DNA from: Nemertoderma westbladi
Taxonomy: Eukaryota; Animalia; Xenacoelomorpha
Reading direction: 5' to 3'
NCBI GenBank assembly: GCA_032718475.1
Contig: JAUCBJ010008559.1
Span: 1 to 50,987 of the forward strand
Length of the DNA: 50,987 nt
A program made the translations under genes and the position numbers. Under the pieces are notes generated by a model, which saw nothing but the letters and a program-made list of their open reading frames with translations, made no database searches and was not told the DNA's origin. Numbering within the stretch: the stretch's first letter is position 1; every line of letters begins with the position of its first letter. This document shows positions 26,463 to 37,619 of the stretch, piece by piece.

Positions 26463-26500
26463 TATAAAAAGGCCAGTTTCCTTTATTTTACTTCAGTCAG
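26463..26500 (+). promoter_or_regulatory. TATA box plus initiator core promoter candidate
   Basis: TATAAAA at 26463 and TCAGT at 26493, canonical ~30-bp spacing; bracketed by a duplicated 33-mer (26357 and 26540). Confidence 0.5.
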
Positions 26501-26679
26501 TGTAACTCAGCCTTTAGATGCAGCCCTTTGCACGCAATCTTGGCTCAGAGCTTGCTAGGCTTGCACTATTGGCATACTCACCACGACAGAAGTGTGGCTT
26601 GTTAGTGTGGGTAAGTTAGCAAAGCTCTACCACACCAGCCCAGTGCTTGCGTACTCTGCCCGGTGGCTCCTCTGTCCGA

Positions 26680-28592
26680 CCCAGGCCCGACCGTGGAGCT
26701 GTGAGGACAAAGTAGCAGATATCCTGGTGTTTGCACTATGACCAAGTTTCCAATAGCGTGAAAGCTACCCAAGTTTCCAATAGCGTGAAAGCTACCCAAG
26801 TTTCCAATAGCGTGAAAGCTACCCAAGTTTCCAATAGCGTGAAGCTGCACATGTATTTTACGATTTGCGGAATAAATACGGATTTATTTCACATTTGATT
26901 GTGTTTTGCGATATATTTTTTTTTTGTGTATTAGTTGGATGAATATATATACATTACATGAATACAATGAACAAAGCTCCTCCGCCATTAGGAAAGTATT
27001 GCGCCACCTGCGGAAACGGCGACAATTATTGCCGTGCGCCCTCGGCCCAACCAACCGTGAAGGGAAAATCCGCTGTTAAGATTCCCGGACGATGTACCTA
27101 CACAAAAGCTGGGATCACACCTTTCTGTTGTTGGTGTAAGGTGCGCGGGCATAACACCGCCTGCTGCCCCGACATGCTGACACCATGCGAGCACTGTGCT
27201 CTGCGCGGTCACCATTCAAACGCGATCGCCAAGAAGAATAGAGAATGTTGGAGAATGTAGAGAATGTTGAAAATTTAAAGCTTGAAGAACAAATCGCTAG
27301 ATAGGAAGAACTTGAATATCTCGCCTGCGGCCATTCCAAACTCAAATGGCGGCTGGAGATCGCAGGTACGAATGCCCGTTATTATTTACTATTTACGGCA
27401 AGGTGTATTTACCTTCCCCGTTAACCCTTGGGGGTTTGAGTTGCGTCGGTACGATACGGTGGATCAGTACCAGTTCACGTATAAAGCCTTAATGCGTAAA
27501 TCAACTCACTCCGAGGTCGGTCCAGTTGCGGTACAGACGTGGCTTCTCAACTACGTTCCCGGACAACCCTGGGTTTGGCTCGTGGACGGAACGGCTACCG
27601 ATTGGGAACTGAATTATGTTCCCGATCCAGATATCGTGCTCCCCAAAGCACTTCCAGCGTTAGGGATCGGGAGCGAAGGTTCTTATTGGGCAGTATCCGA
27701 TGGAAAGCGGAGATGCCGGATCTCCAGTGGGAGGATCTCCTCGATCCGGAGGCTATGGAGGAAGGGCTTTCTTCCTGACTCTTCTGGGTGGTGAGGCTCA
27801 TACCAACCCTTTTCATGAGGCATGGGTGTTACGCAAGTAATATCCATACTCACTCTCTGGGCGGGGCTTGAGCTTCACAACTTCAGAGCGGGGAAGAGAG
27901 TGGGCAACGGGGGGAGGTCGAGAGAAAGATAGTATTCTCTCGGGCGAAAAGACAACCATCGATCGATACTGACTCATCAATAGACTACAGAGATAAACTC
28001 TTAACACGATGATGGGAGAAAGATCAACCCCAACTTGACGATCCTGAACTCATTTGTGCAATGACCTTCAAGCCGATCCCATTGAACTCTAGGCCGAGTC
28101 ATATTATTTAGGACCTTTTATATAATACCTGATTGCTTCTTTAGTTCCCTACGTGGAACAATGCAGTACCAAGATTTGTCTAATTTGTTTGTTGATAAAG
28201 GTAGATAATATAAATTTTATATCAGTGCAGTTGATTTTCTCTTAGGATCAATTATTTTTCAAAGTCTTGGCTTCAAAAATCATTTTTATGACCACTTTTC
28301 CAAAATTTGTCATCCCATCATTTGTAATCGAGTCCAGCCCTAGTCTTTGCTTCACTCTACCCGCTGGGTCTTCGGCCCGACCGAGAAGTTCTGAGGACAA
28401 AGTCGCTAACTTCCTATGCCCAACGGACATAGAAAAAACCGAGTGTTTGCACTAATCGACGTTAGACCCAAGTTTCCAATAGCGTGGAGCTGCACCAAGT
28501 ATTTTACCTTTACGATTTTCGGAATAAATACTGATTTATTTCAATTTTGATTTTGTGTTTTGCGATAGATTTATTAGTGTATTGGTTGGATT
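26680..28592 (+). mobile_element. Unclassified element: diverged direct repeats flanking a frameshifted zinc-knuckle ORF
   Basis: Repeats at ~26685-26940 and ~28375-28592 share GCCCGACCG..TGAGGACAAAGT, GTGTTTGCACTA, CCAAGTTTCCAATAGCGTG, CGGAATAAATAC; ORF 26958-27260 has CWCKVRGHNTACC and CEHCALRGH; ORF 27282-27794 follows. Confidence 0.55.
26742..26848. repeat. 27-bp tandem repeat (4 copies)
   Basis: Unit CCAAGTTTCCAATAGCGTGAAAGCTAC. Confidence 0.92.
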
Positions 28593-28749
28593 ATTTTTGC
28601 TTACTTTGGTTCCTGACGAAACCAAAGCACCCCTCGAACCCGGTTTCTCTTTTTCCGAAATTATACAGTTTACCAGAAGGAAGACATTAATAATACCTGG
28701 AAACTATAAATTTTTCACTTTCCATTAATATTTTGACTTCAGGGAAATT

Positions 28750-31700
28750 TTTTGTACTTACGGTGTTTTTGCATTATACAACCTGTATGTTAATACATAT
28801 TTCAAGACACATATTTCAATAAAACCGTGTACGTTTTCTTATTATCTATGCAATGACAAAATACCGCAAGTCTTGTTGACTTACGGTTTTTTTGCATAAA
28901 TTTAAGTGACTTACGGTCTTTTTCCTTTGAAACACTATGGACCAAAATCACAAAAAGTGGCCAAAAACGTTTCCCACACGATTCGACTTAATTTTAGAAT
29001 GAAATTTTTTTTGGAACCTAGTAAAGTTATATATATTTTTGAAGATAATTTTATGGTCCAACAGATGCACAAAAAATCATACTGCCACTCCGACTTTGGA
29101 AGATTTTACCGACCTTTTAGTACTAAAAAATGCAGGTTTTTCAATTGTCCAAAAAAGTTCATTGCATTCTGGGGGATGTATTTTGACATCTACTGGGTGT
29201 ATTTCAACAAGTTATAGCTCATTTTAAAGCTAAATAATAGAGGAATGGAATGGAATAACTCCCAAATTGTTTTATTGATATCATATTAAAATAAAACAAT
29301 ATATAATGTACCCCTATTTTTGACAATTACTTGTCCCAAACGGTAACAACTGAATTCACCAATAGGTTTTTATTTGGATTCTATAAACTAAATTCTTATT
29401 TGAAAGGAAAATCTTCAAGAAGTGGAATGTTCCAGATTTTACGAAAAAATACTAAACACAACCGGAGATATGGCTGGTTTTATACGTGCGAGTCGATTAT
29501 GTCAATTAGGATTGTCCCATGTGTAACACCAAGTGCACTGCTTTACCATGCTCTAGAATCAGTTCTAACAAACTTGATATGAAGATTCAAATATCAGAAG
29601 ATAGCTAAGTTCTTGGTCTTTTGCGTGAGTAATCATTTGTGGCAACAATTGACTATGGAATAGACTTTAGTTTCTTTTACATTTATCAGCATGAGCTTTG
29701 TCCCACCTGTAACAAAAGCCTGTAACACAAAAAATCGTTACAAGGCGGGACGTCCCACATGTAACATGTAAATCGAATAATTTTGGGCTACAGAATGGGA
29801 GATGTCTCCCCTGTAACACTTTAGTAGTGCAGACTTTATAATATTGATAAGACTGTAGGTCATGCACACAGAACAGCAGTATTAACTGTGAATTGGTACT
29901 TACCTACCTACAGTAGTACCGCGGTAACAGTATCAGTGCTGTCTCTTTATTGCGTTTGATTATTGCGTTTATTGCGTCTGCGCAGTGCATAGAGTTTACT
30001 ATTGACTACTAAACAAACTAATCCTAACCAGAACCAGTTATAAGACACTGATACAGACACTATGTGACTACGGTATATAATGGAGACCACATTTCATTAC
30101 TTATTAGACATCACCTCGCCGTTCCGGTATCAAGATACTGATTGTAAATAAAAATAGGACTAATAATACTGATCTGTCTTATATGGAATGCGGTCCATCT
30201 TTGATCTATCTTCTGCGATTGGGAGAGGGTGATTGGGAGCGCCGTGAGGGGAGCAGTTAGAGGTGGGAGGGAAAAAAATAGAGGTGCAAGGGGAGCAGTT
30301 TTAGGTGTGAGGGGAAAAGGTAGATGTGCAAGGGGAGCAGTTGGAGGTGGGAGGGGAAAAGGTAGAGGTGCAAGGGGAGCAGTTGGAGGTGCGAGGGGAA
30401 AAAATAGAGGTGCAAGAGGAGTAGTTTTAGGTGTGAGGGGAAAAGGTAGATGTGCAAGGGGAGCAGTTGGAGGTGCGAGGGGAAAAGGTAGAGGTGCAAG
30501 AGGAGCAGTTGGAGGTGTGAGGGGAAAAGGTAGAGGTGCAAGTGGAGCAGTTGGAGGTGCGAGGGGGGAAGGTAGATGTGGAAGGGGAGCAGTTGGAGGA
30601 GCGAGAGGAGTAGTTAGTGCGAGCGCAGTAGGTAGAGGTGCGAGAGGAGTAGTTAGTGCGAGCGCAGTAGGTAGAGGTGCGAGAGGAGTAGTTAGTGCGA
30701 GCGCAGTAGGTAGAGGTGCGAGAGGAGTAGTTAGTGCGAGCGCAGTAGGTAGAGGTGCGAGAGGAGTAGTTAGTGCGAGCGCAGTAGGTAGAGGAGAGGT
30801 GCGAGAGGAGTAGTCAGTGCGAGCGCAGTAGGTAGAGGTGCGAGAGGAGAATGGGAGGATCTGTGGAGGGTGTGGGAGACAGGGTGAAAGGTACAGGAGG
30901 ATCTGTGGAGGGTGTGGGAGACAGGGTGAGAAGTACAGGAGGATCTGTGGAGGGGATGGGAGACGGAGTGGGAAGTACAGGAGGAGCCGTTGAGGGTGTG
31001 GGAGACGGAGTGGGAAGTACAGGAGGAGCCGTGGAGGGTGTGGGAGACGGAGTGGGAAGTACAGGAGGATCTGTGGAGGGTGTGGGAGACGGAGTGGGAG
31101 GATCTGTGGAGGGTTTGGGAGACGGAATGGGAAGTACATGAAGATCTGTTGAGCGTGTGGGAGACAGGGTGAGAAGTACAGGATAATCTGTGGAGGGCGT
31201 GGGAGACAGGGTGAGAAGTACAGGAGGATCTGGGGAGGGTGTGGGAGAAGGGTGAGAAGTACAGGAGGAGCTGTGGGGGGTGTGGGAGACAGGGTGAGAA
31301 GTACAGGAGGATCTGAGGGGGGTGTGGGAGACAGGGTGAGAAGTACAGGAGGATCTGTGGAGGGTGTGGGAGACAGGGTGAGAAGTACAGGAGAATCTGT
31401 GGCGGGCGTGGGAGACAGGGTGAGAAGTACAGGAGGATCTGTGGAGGGTGAGGGAGAAGGGTGAGAAGTACAGGAGGATCTGTGGGGGGTGTGGGAGACA
31501 GGGTGAGAAGTACAGGAGGATCTGAGGGGGTGTGGGAGACAGGGTGAGAAGTACAGGAGGATCTGTGGAGGGTGTGGGAGACAGGGTGAGAAGTACAGGA
31601 GGATCTGTGGAGGGTGTGGGAGACAGGGTGAGAAGTACAGGAGGATTTGTGGAGGGTGTGGGAGACAGGGTGAGAAGTACAGGAGGATCTGTGGAGGGTG

Positions 31701-32930
31701 TGGGAGACAGGGTGAGAAGTACAGGAGGATTTGTGGAGGGTGTGGGAGACAGGGTGAGAAGTACAGGAGGATCTGTGGAGGGTGTGGGATACAGGGTGAG
31801 AAGTACAGGAGGATTTGTGGAGGGTGTGGGAGACAGGGTGAGAAGTACAGGAGGATCTGAGGAGGGTGGGGAAGATGGAGTGGAAGGTACAGGTAGATCT
31901 GTGGAGGGTGGGGATGAAAATGATAATGAACAATTTACAGATTTTGAAGGAGTGGGGGGTATGGGAAGATACGTGGCGGCTATACAAGATAACGTTTGGA
32001 ATACAGGAAAATCTATGGAGGGTGAAGATGATGGAGTGGGGAGTACAGGAGGTTCTGTGGAGGGTGGAGATGAAACTGATGAACAATTTATAGGTTTTGA
32101 CTAACTGCTCAGCCATAGTGATATACAGTTATAAACTCAGTAATAAACTCGTCATACTTTGTGAATTTTCATATAAATCGTCACTAAAGTACCTAAAAGT
32201 GGTTAAAATGTTTTAATAAACTCTTTATGTTTATTTGATAAACTATAATATTTTATAATTTTTCCAGAAATGGGGACCATAAAGATTTATTATGATTGAG
32301 TTTATTTTCAAATAAGCTTTATTGGGATGTGTTACTGGGATCTGGAATGGCTGCATAGCTCCCACTCAGAGACGAAATCTAGGTTAATTTAACATTTCAG
32401 TGTAATTACAACTGGTGTTACATGGTGGGACAAATTGTTACAGGCATCGGAAATCACCATTCAAGGGCTCTGATTGGCTGATATCGGGCGTTACATTGTG
32501 GGACAAGTGTTACAGGAATGGACATCTGTTTTTCTCAATTATTTGTTACCATGAGGTCGGGGCTATTGGGAAATTACCACCATTGAATTCAGCGCATCAA
32601 GAGCTTTCTGGTGATATATAATATTACATACTTTGGGAAACTTTTTTTTTTTACAAAAAAAATAATTTTTTTGGCCACTTTTTGTGATTTTGAGCCTATA
32701 CGTATATGTTGTGACTTACGGTCTTTCTACATTGCATATCTCGAGAACTAGATTATATACGGTGTTCTCGATTATACCATTAGATAAGGCGCACTTTTTA
32801 GACCCGGAAAAAGTGAAGAGTGGATTTTGGAAAAATGCGACTTGCGGTCTTTTTACATTGCACGGCAGAACTATCGTAAGAGGTTGTAATGTCCGTAAAG
32901 TACAAGCCGGCAAAATACCGTGTTTATGAG
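28750..32930. mobile_element. Possible degenerate DNA transposon, boundaries uncertain
   Basis: Both ends carry repeated GACTTACGGT motifs and an inverted pair AAAATCACAAAAAGTGGCCAAAAA (~28944) / TTTTTGGCCACTTTTTGTGATTTT (~32668). Confidence 0.4.
30236..31870. repeat. Purine-rich compound minisatellite (45-, 39- and 42-bp units)
   Basis: Successive units such as GGAGCAGTTGGAGGTGCGAGGGGAAAAGGTAGAGGTGCAAGG, GAGGAGTAGTTAGTGCGAGCGCAGTAGGTAGAGGTGCGA, GTGTGGGAGACAGGGTGAGAAGTACAGGAGGATCTGTGGAGG. Confidence 0.92.
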
Positions 32931-33193
32931 AGCTATTTTGAGTTAGTCATTATTGCAATAAAACCTAATCAATAAAAAGATTGTGAATGCACTTGGAAAA
33001 CTTCAGGAGCTTGCCGTGCCTTGGGCACAATAAATCCTTTACAGACTGGAATTTTAAATTTTCACCTATTTAATATTAGTTAATATAAATAAAATGGTGG
33101 TTATTGTGCTTTCAACCCCTAAGGCTTTGTCAGTTTTGATTCTGGTACCATGAAAGTTTTTTTTATATGATAGAGCAAAGGTGGGGCAACATA

Positions 33194-34916
33194 TATCCTA
33201 CGGTGCTACTAACTCTATCCTACGGTGCTACTAACTCTATCCTACGGTGCTACTAACTCTATCCTACGGTGCTACTAACTCTATCCTACGGTGCTACTAA
33301 CTCTATCCTACAGTGCTACTAACTCTATCCTACGGTGCTACTAACTCTATCCTATGGTGCTACTAACTCTATCCTACGGTGCTACTAACTCTATCCTACG
33401 GTGCTACTAACTCTATCCTACGGTGCTACTAACTCTATCCTACGGTGCTACTAACTCTATCCTACGGTGCTACTAACTCTATCCTACGGTGCTACTAACT
33501 CTATCCTACGGTGCTACTAACTCTATCCTACGGTGCTACTAACTCTATCCTACGGTGCTACTAACTCTATCCTACGGTGCTACTAACTCTATCCTACGGT
33601 GCTACTAACTCTATCCTACGGTGCTACTAACTCTATCCTACGGTGCTACTAACTCTATCCTACGGTGCTACTAACTCTATCCTACGGTGCTACTAACTCT
33701 ATCCTACGGTGCTACTAACTCTATCCTATGGTGCTACTAACTCTATCCTACGGTGCTACTAACTCTATCCTACGGTGCTACTAACTCTATCCTACGGTGC
33801 TACTAACTCTATCCTACGGTGCTACTAACTCTATCCTACGGTGCTACTAACTCTATCCTACGGTGCTACTAACTCTATCCTACGGTGCTACTAACTCTAT
33901 CCTACGGTGCTACTAACTCGGGCTGCCATCCTACGGTGCTACTAACTCTATCCTACGGTGCTACTAACTCTATCCTACGGTGCTACTAACTCTATCCTAC
34001 GGTGCTACTAACTCTATCCTACGGTGCTACTAACTCTATCCTACGGTGCTACTAACTCTATCCTACGGTGCTACTAACTCTATCCTACGGTGCTACTAAC
34101 TCTATCCTACGGTGCTACTAACTCTATCCTACGGTGCTACTAACTCTATCCTACGGTGCTACTAACTCTATCCTACGGTGCTACTAACTCTATCCTACGG
34201 TGCTACTAACTCTATCCTACGGTGCTACTAACTCTATCCTACGGTGCTACTAACTCTATCCTACGGTGCTACTAACTCTATCCTACGGTGCTACTAACTC
34301 TATCCTACGGTGCTACTAACTCTATCCTACGGTGCTACTAACTCTATCCTACGGTGCTACTAACTCTATCCTACGGTGCTACTAACTCTATCCTACGGTG
34401 CTACTAACTCTATCCTACGGTGCTACTAACTCTATCCTACGGTGCTACTAACTCTATCCTACGGTGCTACTAACTCTATCCTACGGTGCTACTAACTCTA
34501 TCCTACGGTGCTACTAACTCTATCCTACGGTGCTACTAACTCTATCCTACGGTGCTACTAACTCTATCCTACGGTGCTACTAACTCTATCCTACGGTGCT
34601 ACTAACTCTATCCTACGGTGCTACTAACTCTATCCTACGGTGCTACTAACTCTATCCTACGGTGCTACTAACTCTATCCTACGGTGCTACTAACTCTATC
34701 CTACGGTGCTACTAACTCTATCCTACGGTGCTACTAACTCTATCCTACGGTGCTACTAACTCTATCCTACGGTGCTACTAACTCTATCCTACGGTGCTAC
34801 TAACTCGGCACTGTCGTGGGGCAACATATATCCTACGGTGCTACTAACTCTATACTACGGTGCTACTAACTCTATCCTACGGTGCTACTATCTCTATCCT
34901 ACGGTGCTACTAACTC
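33194..34916 (-). repeat. 22-bp minisatellite (~77 copies) made of a BRSK 5' splice site
   Basis: Minus-strand unit GA|GTTAGTAGCACCGTAGGATA; first copy is the donor of exon 34915-35038. Confidence 0.96.
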
Positions 34917-35038
34917 GGGACTGTCGATTGGCTCAGTAAATATTTCCTCTGTATTTATTTTGCGTCGATGAAACCTCGGCGATCCCATAAACGAATTCTT
35001 TAGCGATGAGATTTTATTCTTCCACGGCAAAAGATACC
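34915..35038 (-). CDS. BRSK: BRSK/SAD-1 kinase exon (short conserved region)
   Basis: TTTATTTAG|G-YLLPWKNKISSLKNSFMGSPRFHRRKINTEEIFTEPIDSP-E|GTTAGT; 124 bp, phase 1 to 2; matches the BRSK hallmark W..RL.SIKNSFLGSPRFHRRK. Confidence 0.96.
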
Positions 35039-35263
35039 CTAAATAAATAAACAACCAAGACTGCTAAGATGGGGCAGAAATTAGTGTCAAAAGGACCAAG
35101 TCTGTTATTAAATAATCATTAATTAATTAATTAATTAAATAATCATATAAATTACATTTTAAAAAGTTATATTCTTTCTGTTCAAATAACTATTGTAAAA
35201 ACGGACTACCTGAACAGGATTAGGACTTTGCTCCTGTGAATGGATAGGTGATAATCGACTCAC

Positions 35264-35685
35264 CAGATATCCCGGGGAATGGTTTGTTATTGTAGACAGT
35301 TGGTTCCTCGCTTCCGGGTCTAGCATGGTACGCCGATTCGCAGCCGGATGCAGGAACCGCGCTCGCCGCGTGTTTCCGATGAGTTGGGGTCGGCGGCACA
35401 GTCTGTGTGTGAACGGAGGAGAACCGCTGGGCGGCGGTGGGGTGTGCAGGGAGAGACTGGGCTGCGGTGGTGGGCTGGGTAGGGGCGGGCGGTGGCTCGG
35501 TGTAGGGTGGTGGGGTGGCCGTGGACGCATGGGCAGGGGCGGGTGTTTGATCCACTACTATTGGTTGCGGGGCAGGGTCACCACGGACGACGGCCAATGG
35601 GCTGCAGTTGTCAGGGAGTGGGGCAGCATCCGATCCACGGTGTTGAGGAGTCAACTGGACTGGGGAAGGTTGAAGACTTCGGGAT
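35264..35685 (-). CDS. BRSK: BRSK/SAD-1 kinase exon (Pro/Ser/Thr-rich linker)
   Basis: CTTGCTCTTCTAG|..SRSLQPSPVQLTPQH...PFPGIS-G|GTGAGT; 422 bp open, phase 2 to 1, fits both neighbours. Confidence 0.82.
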
Positions 35686-36241
35686 CTAGAAGAGCAAGAA
35701 AGTAACCATCAGACCTAATATTGATATTTAAGGGTGGGGGGGGGGGGGGGGGTACACCATTTTGGTCCAAAATTTGATAATAATTTTTATGAACGATTAT
35801 AATGCACGATTGAATGGTGTTTCTAAATCTGAAAACCGCTATTTAATAGCTCTTTTAGTTTTTAAGTTATAACAATTTCTGTTTAGGGAATCCTATTGAA
35901 ATTACTATTACTATGTATAAAGGAAAGGTCGATTATCTCAAAATATTTTCTTTATGAAATTGTCACATTTCAAAACCCTACCGGTACTACTTCTACAATT
36001 TGTGAGCAATTAGTCTGAAAATTTCTATGGGTGTCTACATAGCCACCCTGCATAAAAGTATCAGACAACTTGACATTTTTTGTTAATAAAATTTAATACA
36101 TTTATAACAAACCTAAAAAAATTAGCATAAATTTGCAGCGCCACCTAGCGGTACAGAATTATTTTCACAAAATGTCGCCTGATAGTTATGTTGCCCCATC
36201 TTTGATCTCATATAATTATATATATGTTTTTATATATCTTA

Positions 36242-36809
36242 GGGGCCGTGCACAATAATGATGTCACGGTCGAGGGGGGGGGGGGGGGGGGGGGGGGGGT
36301 AGGGGGGGGTAGCTATACTTTATGACGTCACAATAGCACTTTGGTGAACAAATAAAATACATCAACAGCCAAAGTGAAATCTATTCAAGTAATCGCGAAT
36401 TGAGGGGATGAAGTGTTAATTCCAAGTGGCGATAAAGATGAAGAACACCACATTGACTGGGTAGATAAGGACGCGGTAGAGTTAGACCCAGGAAGTGGCA
36501 CAATAGTCGGTAGTATACCTGGTGCACTTCCGGTGATCGATGTCCTCATTCCCATGGGACTGAATATGCGGGGTGTCTTCCTTGTTTAGTCATTGTGTAC
36601 AGCTGAATTAATGAAGTATTAACATTTAGTTTTAATAACATAATAAATTCAAATTTAACATTTTTTATTAACAATATATACATATTTTTGGTGATGTGAC
36701 GTTCCAGGGGGGTTTACAAAATTCGTTACGGATTGTGACAGAGGGTGGGGGGGGGGGGGGGTCGAAAATCGTCAAGAAAAGCGTGACGTCATCATTTGAG
36801 CACGGCCCC
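36242..36809. mobile_element. PIF/Harbinger-like MITE
   Basis: TTA|GGGGCCGTGCACAATAATGATGTCACG ... CGTGACGTCATCATTTGAGCACGGCCCC|TTA: ~27-bp TIRs and 3-bp TTA TSD; internal poly-G runs. Confidence 0.85.
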
Positions 36810-36978
36810 TTATCACTATTATAGCTCCCAGTATATTCTTCCACTCCATCTTATGTATGAATTAATATAAAAATGCATTATTGCACACTGTAAGGGAAAT
36901 CTAGTTTTTATAAAGATTTCGTCCGTTTATTCTTATAGCGGACACTGCACGTAAAACGAATTGCCGCAATAAACTTAC

Positions 36979-37115
36979 AATTGTCCCTGAACCTTTATTG
37001 ATGATTTCCTGCATTGTGTTGGCGACAACGCACTACCACCACCAATGTTTATCTCATTGGTCAATTGTGGTCGAAATCCAATTACAGGTGTTTGGGGCTT
37101 CGCAGTAATTCTCAT
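36979..37115 (-). CDS. BRSK: BRSK/SAD-1 kinase exon (linker)
   Basis: CATTTTAG|MRITAKPQTPVIGFRPQLTNEINIGGGSALSPTQCRKSSIKVQGQ-L|GTAAGT; 137 bp, phase 0 to 2, exactly bridges the flanking exons and gives ...RVDSP-M as in BRSK. Homology otherwise weak. Confidence 0.75.
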
Positions 37116-37619
37116 CTAAAATGCAAAGCAAATGTACATATCCGAAACATTAGGAATTCCAAACCTGAGACTTACTGAAATTTTGAACGAGCAACATGTA
37201 GCGACGCTCGCCATAAGCACAGTTACTATATTATTATTATTTATTAAACTAATAATAGTAATTGTTTCATAATCTCGCATTTCGCAACTACAAATTTTAC
37301 GAAATATTAAACGATAAAATTTATTGACTCAACTTTATCGAAGTTTAAACAGGTTCAAACCGTACCTTTTAATGCTTTTATGTCGCTATGATATGGGGCT
37401 ATTTATAGGCAGTAGGCATACCTTTACATAGCGCTATTGCAATTTAGTTTTGCGCAGTTTTGCGCATTAGTTTATTTAAATTAGCGCGCTAGCAGTTCAA
37501 TATAGAAGTTAAAAATTTGAAAAATTTCACCAAAAAAATTATACACTTTACTTAAACAACATAAGTTTCATATTCAAAGTTTTTCATATTAGTTAACGTT
37601 ACAATATTGAACTGCTGTC

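Noticed and set aside
35729-36240. Second TTAA-type transposon beginning TTAAGGGTGGGG
   Set aside because: No convincing matching right TIR found.
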